From the NCBI GenBank assembly GCA_039096225.1, contig JBBPEB010000017.1, positions 558,001 to 622,000 on the forward strand: 64,000 nucleotides of DNA. The letters run 5' to 3'. Position numbers and translations under genes: made by a program. Under the pieces are notes generated by a model. It ran no database searches, was not told the origin of the DNA, and worked only from the letters and a program-made list of their open reading frames with translations. Below, one piece after another: positions 1 through 13,000 of this stretch. Source of the stretch: Blastocystis sp. Blastoise. Lineage: Eukaryota; Protista; Bigyra: Opalinata. Within the stretch, counting starts at the first letter, position 1. The number at the start of each line of letters is the position of its first letter.

Positions 1-2956
1 ATTAATATTTATAGTGAATTCATCAGATTCAATAGTTTCTATAATATCTTTATAAGATTCATATTGAGTAACTAATACAATTTCTATTGAAGCAATATCA
101 TCATTTACATTTGTTTTTCCATCTTTCATTCTTACTATATATACATCTTTTAATGGAATTGGAGAAATTTCTCGGAATACAAATTCAATTATATTTCTAA
201 ATCCTATTTCTCTATATACAAATTGTATATTTTGTATAGTATTTGAATCTTCTCTTAATACTATTGTATATATAACATATAGATAAGTATAACCAGCTGG
301 TATAGTTTGTTTAGGATTTTCTTCTGTATTAATAAATCGGTTACGATGACAAATTGATATTTTTGAAACTAAAGTTGCTTTAAGTATTTCTGGATTATAA
401 ATACATATAGTTTGTTCAACTTGATCATTTGTACATATTTCAATAGAATCTGTTGTATATATATCATTTAAAGAGAAAAGAGGATATAGAGTTTTTGAAC
501 ATATAGGTTGTACATGTAATAAATATTCAACACCACCAATAGTACAAGTAAAATTCTTATTAAAAGAAGATATATACATAATAAGCATAAAATAACCAAA
601 ATATGGATTTGATATATAAAAATCTTGATCATAAACTAAAGATTTACCTTCAAATTGACAAGACGATTGACTAATAGAAATACCATTTGCTTGAAAATAT
701 TCACCAATACCTTGTTGTAAAAATATCATTTTAGGACAATTTTCATTAACAATATGTATTTCATATCGTTTTGTATTTGGTAAATAATGCTCATCAGAAA
801 TATCTATAATTGCAGTAATAGTCATATATACAACTATAGTTTCATGAACTTGTGAAGCATATATACCCTCAATAAATGTTTTAATACCTATAATTCCCAA
901 GGTTAATCCATACATAGAACAATCAATTAAATTAGTTAAATCATAATCATTATAGCATTGTAATTGATAATTTTGTATACCAGAACAAGTAGTTTGTTCA
1001 TAATCAAAAGGACATCTAATATTTAATGTACTCTCTTCATTAGTATAATGAATAATAAATCCATCTTCATAAACAAAATCATAATTATCATATAATTCAA
1101 AACTTATAGTTTCAGGTATAATTATATTAAATGAATAATAACAATCTAAAGATGAGTGAATATCATTTCTGCCTTCATTATTATCTTCTAAAGAAAGAAC
1201 TGTATATTTATCACCTTCATAAGCTTTTATTATTTCATTATCTTTATATGTATCAATATATTCTCTTTTAGATAATATAGTTAATTTAATCATAGATATA
1301 TGATTTTGAGTGACAGAAATATCATCATTTTTATAAGTAATTAATTCTACGGATAAATCTCTTGACCAAGAAGTACAATTAGAAGCTATAATATCATCAG
1401 TTTCATTGGGTTCTATTATTGTTGGAAAACTAGATAAATAAACTATATAATCACCAGAGTTTAAACACATATATAAATGATAATGAGGATCAAATAAATT
1501 TCCTTTCATATTTGCAAAACCATAAAATATTTGTAATAATTCTTTTGAATTACTACCATTCTGTTTGTTATATAATTGAATAACTTCAGTACCACCATTT
1601 GTTGTAGCATATTTATCAAGAATAACAATTTTCTGTGAATTATCACAATATAGAATACCTAATGAAAAAGTTGCTATATTATATTCACTATTTACATTTG
1701 TATTGAAAAGAGGAGTATAACCAAAATCACCAACAATATATCCTTTATAATCTAATCCATAAAAATTACTTGATAATAATGTAAAAGTAACATAAGAATT
1801 TGTCATCCATGGACACTTTATTCTTTTATTTTCAAATAAAGTATACATTTTTAAAGAGTATGAACCTTCATATAAACATACAGCATATTCAGATATTTTA
1901 TTTGGATAATTTGAACCTGTATTTTTTAGTATATAACCCCAAGAAGAAGAATCGTTTTCATCTTTTGTATCACCAATAGAGATATCACCTAATAATAATT
2001 CAAAGATTTCTTGATATTCACTTGTACCATGTACTCGAGTAATAATTATAGGGAATGTACCATAATTATTTCCAGTACATTGAAATGTCTTTAAAGAAAT
2101 ACTAACAGTTTTTCTATTATCAGGAGACTCTTGATCTAATCTAGAGTTTATAATATCAAAAGAACCATTGTCTTTTGTCATTGATATAATACCAGAGAAA
2201 AGATAAGTAGAATCATCAAATGATAATCCATAATTAGCTGCTTGAATTGTATTTAAATCATGATAGTATCCAGAATAAGTATCTAATGTAGTGTAAGAAA
2301 GATCAGAATTGGAATTAAAAGATAAAGCTAAAGGTTGACGAATTTGAAATGAACTTACTAATGTGTCAACATATACATTATTATCTATACGATTTGAATT
2401 AGGAACAGCTAATTTGGTAGTATCTAAGATGAATTTCATAGTCATTGTATTATTTCTAGGAAAACATTGAGCAGAAAAAAGATAATTTGTTTGAGTTTCT
2501 TTTATAGAAAGGCAAGTACCAAGAAGAGAAGGATTGACAGTAAAAGTATAAATTCGATATTGTTCACTTAACATCGTTTTTAAACAGACTTCATAAGATG
2601 AAGTATTTAAGTCAATAGTTGAAGAAGAAAAATTCAAAATTCTATTACAACGAACAAGTTCAGAAGTAATTTCTGATCTAGGAAGAAAACAAGAGTCATC
2701 TTGATCGATATCATCTAAAGTAATAGGATATAAAGTACCATCAGTTTGTAACCAACTGAATTGAATACTAACAACATCCGTTTCAACATAATTTCCTAGG
2801 GGAATACCTGAAAGTATTATTTGAACTCTAGTGTATCCACTGCTGCAACCATTAAATGCGCCCATAGAAAGAAATTAGAGATAAAAGAGATAAAGTATAA
2901 ATACCTTGAGCAAGAGAAATCGTTAATAAAGCCAACAATATGAAGAAAAATTTCAT
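1..2956 (-). CDS. Large secreted/surface protein (>970 aa, 3' end outside window); signal-peptide exon 2956-2905 plus long exon 2861-<1
   Basis: Exon 1 reads MKFFFILLALLTISLAQ (signal peptide). The downstream frame had no stops wherever checked down to base 1. Cys-spaced beta-rich modules (e.g. IIITRVHG..QEIFEL..CLYEGSYSLKMY) resemble those of the 10-17 kb protein. Confidence 0.8.
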
Positions 2957-4503
2957 TTTTAAGTTTTAAATTAAAAAAAAAAATAAAAATCAAAAGAAAG
3001 AAAAAATATCTGTAGATTTTTAAGTTCTAAAGTAGTCTTTAGTATTGTCATTTGTTATATGTTTTTCCTATTATTTCTATGTTTTTTGAGATCATACAAG
3101 GAATTCATAGAAAAGACAAATCATGACAAATAGTGCATAATAAATATAAACCAATAAGGAATCGTATTTTTGAATTGTTTGGAGTCATCTGTTGGACATC
3201 TTTTGTGGAGTGTAAATAAATATTTAAAGAAATTATATTGGCTTATGTCAAGATATAAACCAATAATATCACACATCAAGTCATATAAAAACAGTAGAAA
3301 CTCTATACAACTCCTTACATGCATATTGTACATTCACTTTTGTCTTATTTAAGATTTTCCCTTTTTTCTTTATATCTTCAATATTATTAAGGAGTGAATA
3401 AATTAAGTATCCAATTCAATGAATATCAAAGAAAATACACAAGTAGAATTGTTTTTGATAGAGTAAAATAACCATATTGCTATTTTAAAAATGAATTACA
3501 TTACTTGTAACAAAAAAATATTATTATTTTGATAAATAGAATAGGTGGGTAAATGACTTGACACATAAAGAATTATAAAAATCAGAAATGTTGATTTGAA
3601 ATAAATGACAATATGAATATAGAAATGATTTTTAGTTTCTTATTCAGCAGATTGATCAAGTAGAAATAAAAGGTGATAATTATAGAAGAAATGAAAACAC
3701 TTCCAAAAGGGTTGTTCACATATCAACAACAAATAAGAAGCTCAAAGTATATCGAATAAATGCTAAAGGTAATTTGATGATAAGAAATACAATGAGAACT
3801 CAATTTTATGCTCTGTTAATACATTTAACAGAAAATTCTTTTTAAGAATGATGCATAGATAGCGTATGTATATGTAAAAATTTACATTATGATCATTTAT
3901 AGTGATTCTAATATGGATTATACTAGTATATCAATTGCAAGAGGTATTTGAATTGCTAAGATAGATTTCTTTTCACAAATGACCATTTTATTGAATCCAT
4001 ATAATATGAATAATTTTAGAATGTTTACAAGAATAATAGCTAGGTTTTTTGACGCATATTTAATTAATTTATTTTTATGTTTTTCATTTTGGTTTCTTTC
4101 TAGCGTATCTACGATATTAGTAGTATGTGTACGATAATTCTAGGATATTTTCGACGATTCCCTCATCATTTAGAATTAGGAATAAGTTGATAATTACGCA
4201 AATAAAATGTTTTCTGAGAATAGAAAAGGCAATTCTGCGTATTAACCATTAAAAATTCATAAACTATATACAATTTTGAGAATGAAATACAAAATCGTAA
4301 CGAGCAAACATTTGTTTTCTTATTCATTAAATAGTATAGAAAAATTTCCTTAGTAGAAATAGGTCTATAATTAATGATTGAATGGAAAATAAAAGAAATT
4401 ATGTAAGAATAAAAATGAAAAAGAATTTCATGGTAAATTATAAAAAATGATGGTTTTGTTGATAAAAAGTCATGGTTTTATTTTTCGAAAGAAAAATAGA
4501 AAA

Positions 4504-4518
4504 CGAAAATTCTGGAAA
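4504..4518 (+). promoter_or_regulatory. Heat-shock element (nGAAnnTTCnnGAAn)
   Basis: cGAAaaTTCtgGAAa about 95 bp upstream of the ATG of an Hsp90 co-chaperone gene. Confidence 0.55.
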
Positions 4519-4609
4519 TTCTAAGAAAATGTGACTCGTTTTAATAAAATAATTAATTTTTTTTATTTATGGTTTTGTTATTTTAATTATTGACTTTTCA
4601 TTGAAAGAT

Positions 4610-5727
4610 ATGTCTAGTAATCAATCAACAGAGACTGTTACTGAAAATCCTATTGTCGAAGAAACCAAGAATGAAGTAAAGGAAGCTACTTCTCCTACTT
4701 CACCTTCTACTTCTAAACCTTTTAATTCTACTTATTATAAATGGAGTCAAGGAATTGAAGAATCTAGAAAAGTAAATTTCTGTTATTTTATTTAATTTGG
4801 TTATTGTTTTTCTTATTTTGATAATAATTGTTTATTATTATTTAAATACTATATATATGTAGGTTATTGAACAACTTGGTGTTAATATAGCTCCTAAAAA
4901 AATTGAATCTCCTGCTGTTGTTGAACAACCTTCAACTTGTGGTTCCGTTTGGAATAAAGGTGGTACTTGGTATGTTATTTTTTCATCATTTTGTTTTTAG
5001 TTAATTTAATATTCTATTATTTTTATTATTATTATTTTTTTTTTAGGGAAGAAACAGATAAAACCAAATGGAGTAAAACTAGAATTACAGAATTACTTAA
5101 AGATGGTCTTTGGATAGAAAATGATGTATATATATTGTTTATTGTGTTTATTATATTTATTATTATTTTTTATTATATTTATTATTATTTTTTATTATAT
5201 TTATTATTATTTTTAATATTGTTATATATAGTATACTATTACAATTCCTGAAGTAGAAAAATGTGATGGTCAAGCTACTGTTGTTTTTGTCAAAGTATAT
5301 TATTATTATTATTATTATTATTATGTGATATATTATTATTATAAATAATAAATAAATAATTATATATATATAGGGTAAGAAACGACCAGGTTATGATTTT
5401 AGTATAAAGTGTAAATGGGAAGCAATTAAAGAAGGATCTACAGATACTGCTAAAGGTGTATTTGTTATTGATGAAGTATATATATCTTATTATTATTTAT
5501 ATTATTATACATATTATTATATATATTATTATATATATTAATATCTATAATATTATTTATATTATTATATATAGTTTGCTGATTATTGTGATGGTGATTA
5601 TGAAGTTGCTATTCGTAGTAATAAATCAGATAGTTATCATACTTCTGCTAAAGCTGCTGTTACTAAAGCTAAAAAAGATATTATTTCTACTTTATTAAAA
5701 TGGAAAGATGAATTTTATGCTTTATAA
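4610..5727 (+). CDS. Activator of Hsp90 ATPase N-terminal (Aha1_N) domain protein, 6 exons
   Basis: Five GT-AG introns give GSVWNKGGTWEETDKTKWSKTRI..EVEKCDGQATVVFVKGKKRPGYDFSIKCKW, typical of Aha1_N. Confidence 0.85.
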
Positions 5728-6138
5728 AATAATTATATTTTTATTTATAAATATATATATATTTTAAATATATATATATTTTTTTCTATTTCCATTTTAA
5801 CAAGTCACAATTTCTCCTTTAATTTATTCTTTCTATAATTTTCTCCTTTTTATTTTTCTTGTGCTAATTTGTTTCTATTCTTTCTATTTTTATGTTTAGT
5901 TACTTTAAATTTTATTATTTTTAAATATATATAGAATCGATTGAAATACATTTTTTTTAATAAGCAAAAAACATACTATAATAATGTACAATCTTACATA
6001 CAAACATATATACATATATAATGAACAATTCTTTAAAAAATCAAAAATTAAAAAAAAAAACAAAAAAGAATCATTAGAATACTAATTTTTTAATTCACAA
6101 AAAAATAATCATAAAAATATTACAAATAAAAATAATAT

Positions 6139-6967
6139 TTAATAGGAATCAGCATCTGGAATATAGATATCAACGTTTCTATTTTTCTTTTGATATTTCT
6201 TCTTATCTTTTTTATTTTGTTTTTTACTCGTTATATTTCTTTCTTTAATAGAACTATCTTTAGAAATCAATTGATGATTATCTTGATTATTTTGTTGTTT
6301 CAATTGATTATTATTCATATCATAAGGCATTATAACATTGGTATCTTCTATTGTTGATTCTTTAGAATTATCTTTTATTTCAATATTCTTATTATTCTTA
6401 TTACTATTCTTCTTAGACTTCTTCTTCTTTTTCTTCTTTTCTTGATTATCATTATGATTATCTTTAGAATTCATAGATTTCTCATTTGCTTCTTCTTTCT
6501 CCATTTCTATAATTCGATTCATCATCTCTTCTGCTTCTATTTCATCGTTATATATATCATTCTTATTAATTAATATATTACTATTTGATATTGTAGGCAT
6601 AACTATAATAGAAAATAGTATAATAGAGTATATAGTTAAAATATTATTTAGATAAAATATTATTTAGATAATATAGAATATATATATAAATATATATATA
6701 CATTCTTCATCTTCTTCCTGATTAGGAGATTGATTTGATTGTTTCAGTTTTTTCTTCTTTATATCTTTTATATCTTTCTTCTTTTTAGCTTCTAATTTAC
6801 GTTTTTCTTTATCTAATTTTCGTTTTTCTTTCTTTGTTAACGATTTTGATTGTTCTTTTATTGTTGTTATTTCTTCTTCTTCATTCTCTTTTTGTTCTTC
6901 ATCATCATCAAAAATTGTATGAATAGAATTCTTTGAAATTGATTCCAGAGTATTATTATTATTATTC

Positions 6968-6998
<31 letters not shown>

Positions 6999-9169
6999 GA
7001 ATAGTAGTAATATCTTTATCTTTCATTTCTGTATATATAGCAAGAGAAGATTGAACAATTGGCATATTAGAATATGTTTTATATTGTGTATATAGAGGGG
7101 CATATAATATACTAGGCTATATATATAATTATATTATATATATATATACTATATGTATAAATTATACTATAATTCATTATAATATAAGTACAAACGATTA
7201 TATATATATTTATTAATTAAAAACAAAATATATATATAAATATATTCTATATACTTCTAATCTTGGTTTATATTGAATAATATTTTCAAGCATAGAATGT
7301 ACAGAATCTGCATGTGATAAGTTATATACTAATGTACGGAGACAATGAGTAAAGAATACTTTTATAAGCTATATAATATACAAATATATATTTAACATAT
7401 ATATATTATATTTTAAAATAAATAAATCATTAGTAATTAATTATATGTTTTTATTACTATTTATTATATTATTATAAAGGTTAATAATAATAAAAATATT
7501 AATTATAATAAAACTATAATAAAATTATAATAATAGAATTATTAATAAACATAATAAGAACTATAATTAATAATATACATTATAACGATAGCATCCTTTG
7601 CCAACATCTAAAGTAACATCCGTTGGATTTTCTATACATAACATAAAACCATCTTTTCCATTTTCAAATCCATGTTCTGATTTATCAAAAAAACCACCTC
7701 CTTCAAGTAATGTTATCCCTACTTGATCGGTATTTAATATATAGGAATAAAAATTTAATAATCGAAGAAATTTCTGACCTAATGAATTATCCTCTGTTTT
7801 TTCTCTACATATATATATATATATTATTATTATTATTATGATAAATAATTATTATATATTATATATATATATATATATTGTTGCTTCATATATTCATAAT
7901 ACAAAATTTAAAATATATATATGTATAGATATATAAAAAGAAAATTAATAGAATAATCACCAATATTAAAAAAAAAATTATTATTATATTAATAATAATA
8001 ATAAAAAAAGAATATAAATTTATATATATATATATATACCTATTTTCATATTGTAAGAAAGCTAGTACTGTCATACAAGTAAGAAAAGATCCCATTCCTC
8101 CACCATAAGTCTCATTAAGATCACGTTGATATAACATATATTTCATTATTAATACTAATGGACGTAAATATATATAAGTATCTAATTGATCACGTAAATA
8201 TAAAGTAGTAGATAATGAACTCGTCTGATTAAAACATATATCTACCATTAAACCTGTCTTCTATATATATATATATATATATTATTATTATATAAATTAT
8301 ATTTAATATATATATATATATATTATTATTATATAAATTATATTTAATATATATATATATACTAATAATAAAAAATATAATAATATAAAATACTTTATGT
8401 TTAAATTTAATAATAGGAACACGTGCGTGAGTTATTTTCTCCATATAACTTGACATTCCACATGATTTAATTATCTATATATATATAGAATATATTATTT
8501 AAAAAAACATAAATTAAAAAAAAATAAATACATATATATATAAAACAAACAAAAATAAACAATAAAAATAATAAAACTAATAAAATATATTCTTACGGAT
8601 GCAAATTTTTGAAGTCCAATATCTCCATCGATACCATCAATCATCATATCAATATCACTATTAGGGAGAGAACTAAAACAAAAGATATTAATATATAATA
8701 GAATAATAAAAAAAAAAATAATGAATAAAAATAAAAATAACATACATTTGAGTAGCATAAGATCCAAATACATAAACTTCAGCATCTTTATAATTACTAT
8801 GAACTAATTCACGTATATCTTGATAAACAGTTTCACGTAATGCTGTATCAACACAATCTAAATGAAGCCATTGAACTAAATCCAATAACTCTTCATGTAG
8901 ACGTGCTAATGGCTCAACATTAAATAAACGTACTGATTCTACTGACGTTAACCATGGAGCAGTTTCTTCATTAGCTTGTTCTTCTAATATAGGAGCATTT
9001 TCAATCTTTTCAAGAGTTGGTATCTCTATAAAATCAAGACTTGTATCTTTCTAAATAAGAAAAAAAGAATCGATGAGATAATGATCGTACTACATACACT
9101 CTCAGGACTCTTCTCTTGTTTACCAAGTGTTTCTCGTCTCTTTTTAAGTATATCCCAAATACGACTCAT
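6139..9169 (-). CDS. PAPD5: Non-canonical poly(A) polymerase Trf4/PAPD5 family (TRAMP)
   Basis: Spliced motifs LHEELLD, VYVFGSYAT..LPNSDID, ARVPIIKF, RDLNETYGGGMGSF, CIENPTD, followed by a K/E/N-rich C-terminal tail. All introns GT-AG. Confidence 0.92.
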
Positions 9170-10021
9170 CTTCTATAAATTTAAAAAAGACTTCAGAAAT
9201 TATTGGTTTTTCGCTTTTCCAGTCTTTAAAGTATTTTATAAATTTCGTAATCATTTTAATTCTATTCTTTTATTAGTCATGCTTTTATAACATTAATGTG
9301 AAATGACATCACATATAGAAATGATAACTGAATAAACTAAAGATGATTTGTGTGTCGAGTCAATTCATGCATCGAAAAGATATTAGTCAAGTGTTTATTT
9401 TGCTCATAAACAATTGATTATATATTTATGACATGAGGACTAAGTGAATCAAAGATATATTTTTTTGTTATTCTAAGCTATCGACTTTTTCTTAACGAAT
9501 AAATAAAGAGATTTGTCTAATTTTAATGAAATAATATTATGCAAGATTTTAGTCTCTATTTAAGCTAAATCTCATTTTTTAAAAATGATATTTGCAATTA
9601 GTCTGTTGTTTTCAACATAATATTAATATATACATATATTATTTATTAATATAAATTAATATTTCAATGAATAATAGTTTTATTAATAATAATAAAAGTG
9701 TAACACACTTTTTTTTAATAAATGAAAAAGTTCTCTAAAAATTATTTATGCTATAAACCATTTTTAGAATATCAGTTAATTTAATAATTATATATGGTCT
9801 ATCAATAAAACTAATTGCTTTATTTAATCATTTATAAAAAAAATATCTGTTTAATCTTTATAAAAAAAATAATTCTTTATATACATAAACAAAACAAAAA
9901 TATGAAGAGAAAATTAAGACAACTGACATATAAGTCATAATAAATAAAACTACGAAAAAAAAATATATATATAATAACAATACATATATATATATAATAA
10001 CAAATGTGTATATATAACGAT

Positions 10022-13000
10022 TTAAATTTTAGCTACAGTAGTTTTGATATCAGTAGTTTGCTTTTTATCACCTTGTTTATTAGGTTTTATTTTTTGATTT
10101 TTCTTATTAAACATATGTTTAATATTATCAACGGTAATCTTACTATTACTTCCATAAGTTTGTTTATAAACGAAGAATAAAACAGCAATACCAATAATAA
10201 TAACAATGACAATAACGATAATAATAGTAACAGCGATAGCTGAACCAGTCCAGAAATTATAATTAAGAAGAGTAACTTCATTGGGAGAAACATTAACAGA
10301 TGTAACGGCATTATAATTAGAAGAAGAAGAAGATTGAAGAGAAGGTAATAAAGAAGTATTCATATAAGAAGTTAATGAATCTTTAATAGAAATACTTTCA
10401 ACTTCATTACATTCTACACGTGTAGTTACAATAATAGAATCAGAAAAGAAAAAAGAAGAATAACTTTGAATAGATTCTATAAAAATCTTTGTATTAGGTA
10501 CATTTAAAGAGTCAATGTAATCATCAAGATTCTTTTGAAGTATATATATCTGAGTAGCATCAAAGAAAGTAGAAGTAATACCATAGAAATATATAGGTAA
10601 ACGAATAAATGTACGATCTTGAACAGGTATGTCTTCATTAGAAATACTATAACAAGTAGTAGTATTGACAGCTTCCCATTGACCAGCATTACCTATATGA
10701 GTACAAGCACGAGAACGAGTAGATACACTACTATTTTCACATAATATATAAGCAGTAGTACCTACATCAGTAACAGGCCATTCACCATCAACATCACAAG
10801 TACGAGAAATAACAGTAATAGAAGCAGAAATAAGTGCACTCTTATCACTGTTAAGAGCAGATAATGTATATTGAATAGCAGGTTGTATATATAAAGGAGA
10901 ACCAGAAATCATACCTGTATTACTATTTAAATTCATACCAATAGGAAGAGAAGGAGAAATAATCCATGAATTTACTTGATTTTCTGCAGTAGGAATTATT
11001 TCAGCATTTTCATCTTTATAGAAAGTATAAGAGAGAGGATCTAAAGTAATTACTGGAGCTTTATAAGTACAACTATCAATAGCTGATTGCCATATTCCTG
11101 TAGGACCACAAATTCTTGTTAATTGTCCTTCTTTAAGTGAATCAGTACAAGGAGAAGTAGCAGTAGCACCAGCATTAGTAGTAGACCAAACACCATCTAA
11201 AGGACAAGTACGAGAATTAATAGTAATAGATATGGAAGCTTGACCAAAACCAACAATATTAGTAGCTTTTACAATATAAGTGGCAGCTACTTGAATAGTA
11301 GTAGGAGTACCCATAATAATACCAGTTAATTCATCTATGGTTAATCCATTAGGAAGAGATGGAGTAACAGTCCAAGAAGTAACGAATTGTTGAGTAGTAG
11401 GAGTAATAGTAGCAGATTCAGTTGTGTATAAAGTGACAGCTGAAGGAGTAATAGTAACAGTAGGAATAATATAAGTACAGCCATCAACAGGAGCTTCCCA
11501 AACACCTGTAGAACCACAAATTCTTGTAACTTGACCTTCTTTTTGAGAATCAGTACAAGGAGAAGTAGCAGTAGCACCAGCATTAGTAGTAGACCATACA
11601 CCATCTAAAGGACAAGTACGAGAATTAATAGTAATAGAAACTGTTGCTTGACCATTACCAGTAGGATTAGAAGCAGTAATAGTATATGTAGTAGCAACTT
11701 GAATAGTGGTAGGAGTACCCGTAATAATACCAGTAGAACTATCAATAGCTAATCCATTAGGAAGAGAAGGAGTAACAGTCCATGAAGATACATATTGTTG
11801 AGTAATAGGAGTAATAGTAGCTGATTCAGATGTATATAAAGTGACACTTGATGGAGTAATAGTAATAGTAGGAATAATATAAGTACAACTATCAACAGGA
11901 TCTTCCCAAGCACCAGTATCATCACAAACTCTAGTGATTTGACCTTCTTTTTGAGAATCAATACAAGGAGAAGTAGCTGTAACACCAGCAATCGTAGATG
12001 GCCAAATATCATCAATAGGACAATCATAAGCTTTTGTAGTAATTGTGATCATAGTAGTAATTGGATTCGTTGTCCCTAAAGGTATAGCTGATACAGTATA
12101 TCTAATAGATGAAGTAATAACAGAAGTTGTTCCTGAGATAATACCAGTAATAAGATCAAGATGTATACCTGTTGGTAATCTAGGAGATACAAACCAAGTA
12201 GAAACACTATCTCCAGTAACAATAGGTATAATATTAAGAGGTGTATTTATTGTTACAGATACTTCAGTAGGATTGTATGAAATACTGTTTTCTACAAGAA
12301 TTTCAATTTTATTAATAATAATAGATAGATAAGTAGAAACTGAAATAGGTCCAGATATAGCAGTAATAATATAAGATGTTGATTGTTGTTGAAAAGAAGG
12401 AGTACCAGAGATAGTACATGTAGGTACATCTAATACTAGTCCAATAGGTAAAGAAGGATTAACAATACACATATATCCAGTAATATTAGAAATAGTAGGT
12501 ATTATTGGAATAATTGGAGAAGTAGCATTGAATGTATAAACAGACTCAGGATAAGTAAGAGTAGGTATTACTGAACATAAAGAATTATCTTCTTCACCAA
12601 AGATACCATTAGAACAATATCTTTTCTTTTTATTATCAGTACCATCATTACAAGATTTATAAGCATAATGATTATGAACAGTAGCAGGATAGCCATCAAA
12701 AGCAGAACAAAGATTTGACCGTCTATTAATATTTAAAGTGATTTCAGAAATTTGTAAGTTATAATCATTCAAACATGCAGAACTATCGCCACTAATAGCA
12801 GGGTTATTACAAGCTTCAAATTTTAATCTATACTTATTATACGATTGTTCAGGAGCAAATTCAAATGTTTTCTTTTGTAAAAATGATGTGAATCGTACAG
12901 TTGATGCATGATGTAATGCTGTCCAAGTAGCACCATTATCATTAGAACCTTCAAATGTCCAATCAGATGGATGTCTTCTATTACAATTATCACCATTAGT

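Noticed and set aside
3636-3845. 69-codon stop-free stretch after a tttag
   Set aside because: No upstream exon or recognisable homology.
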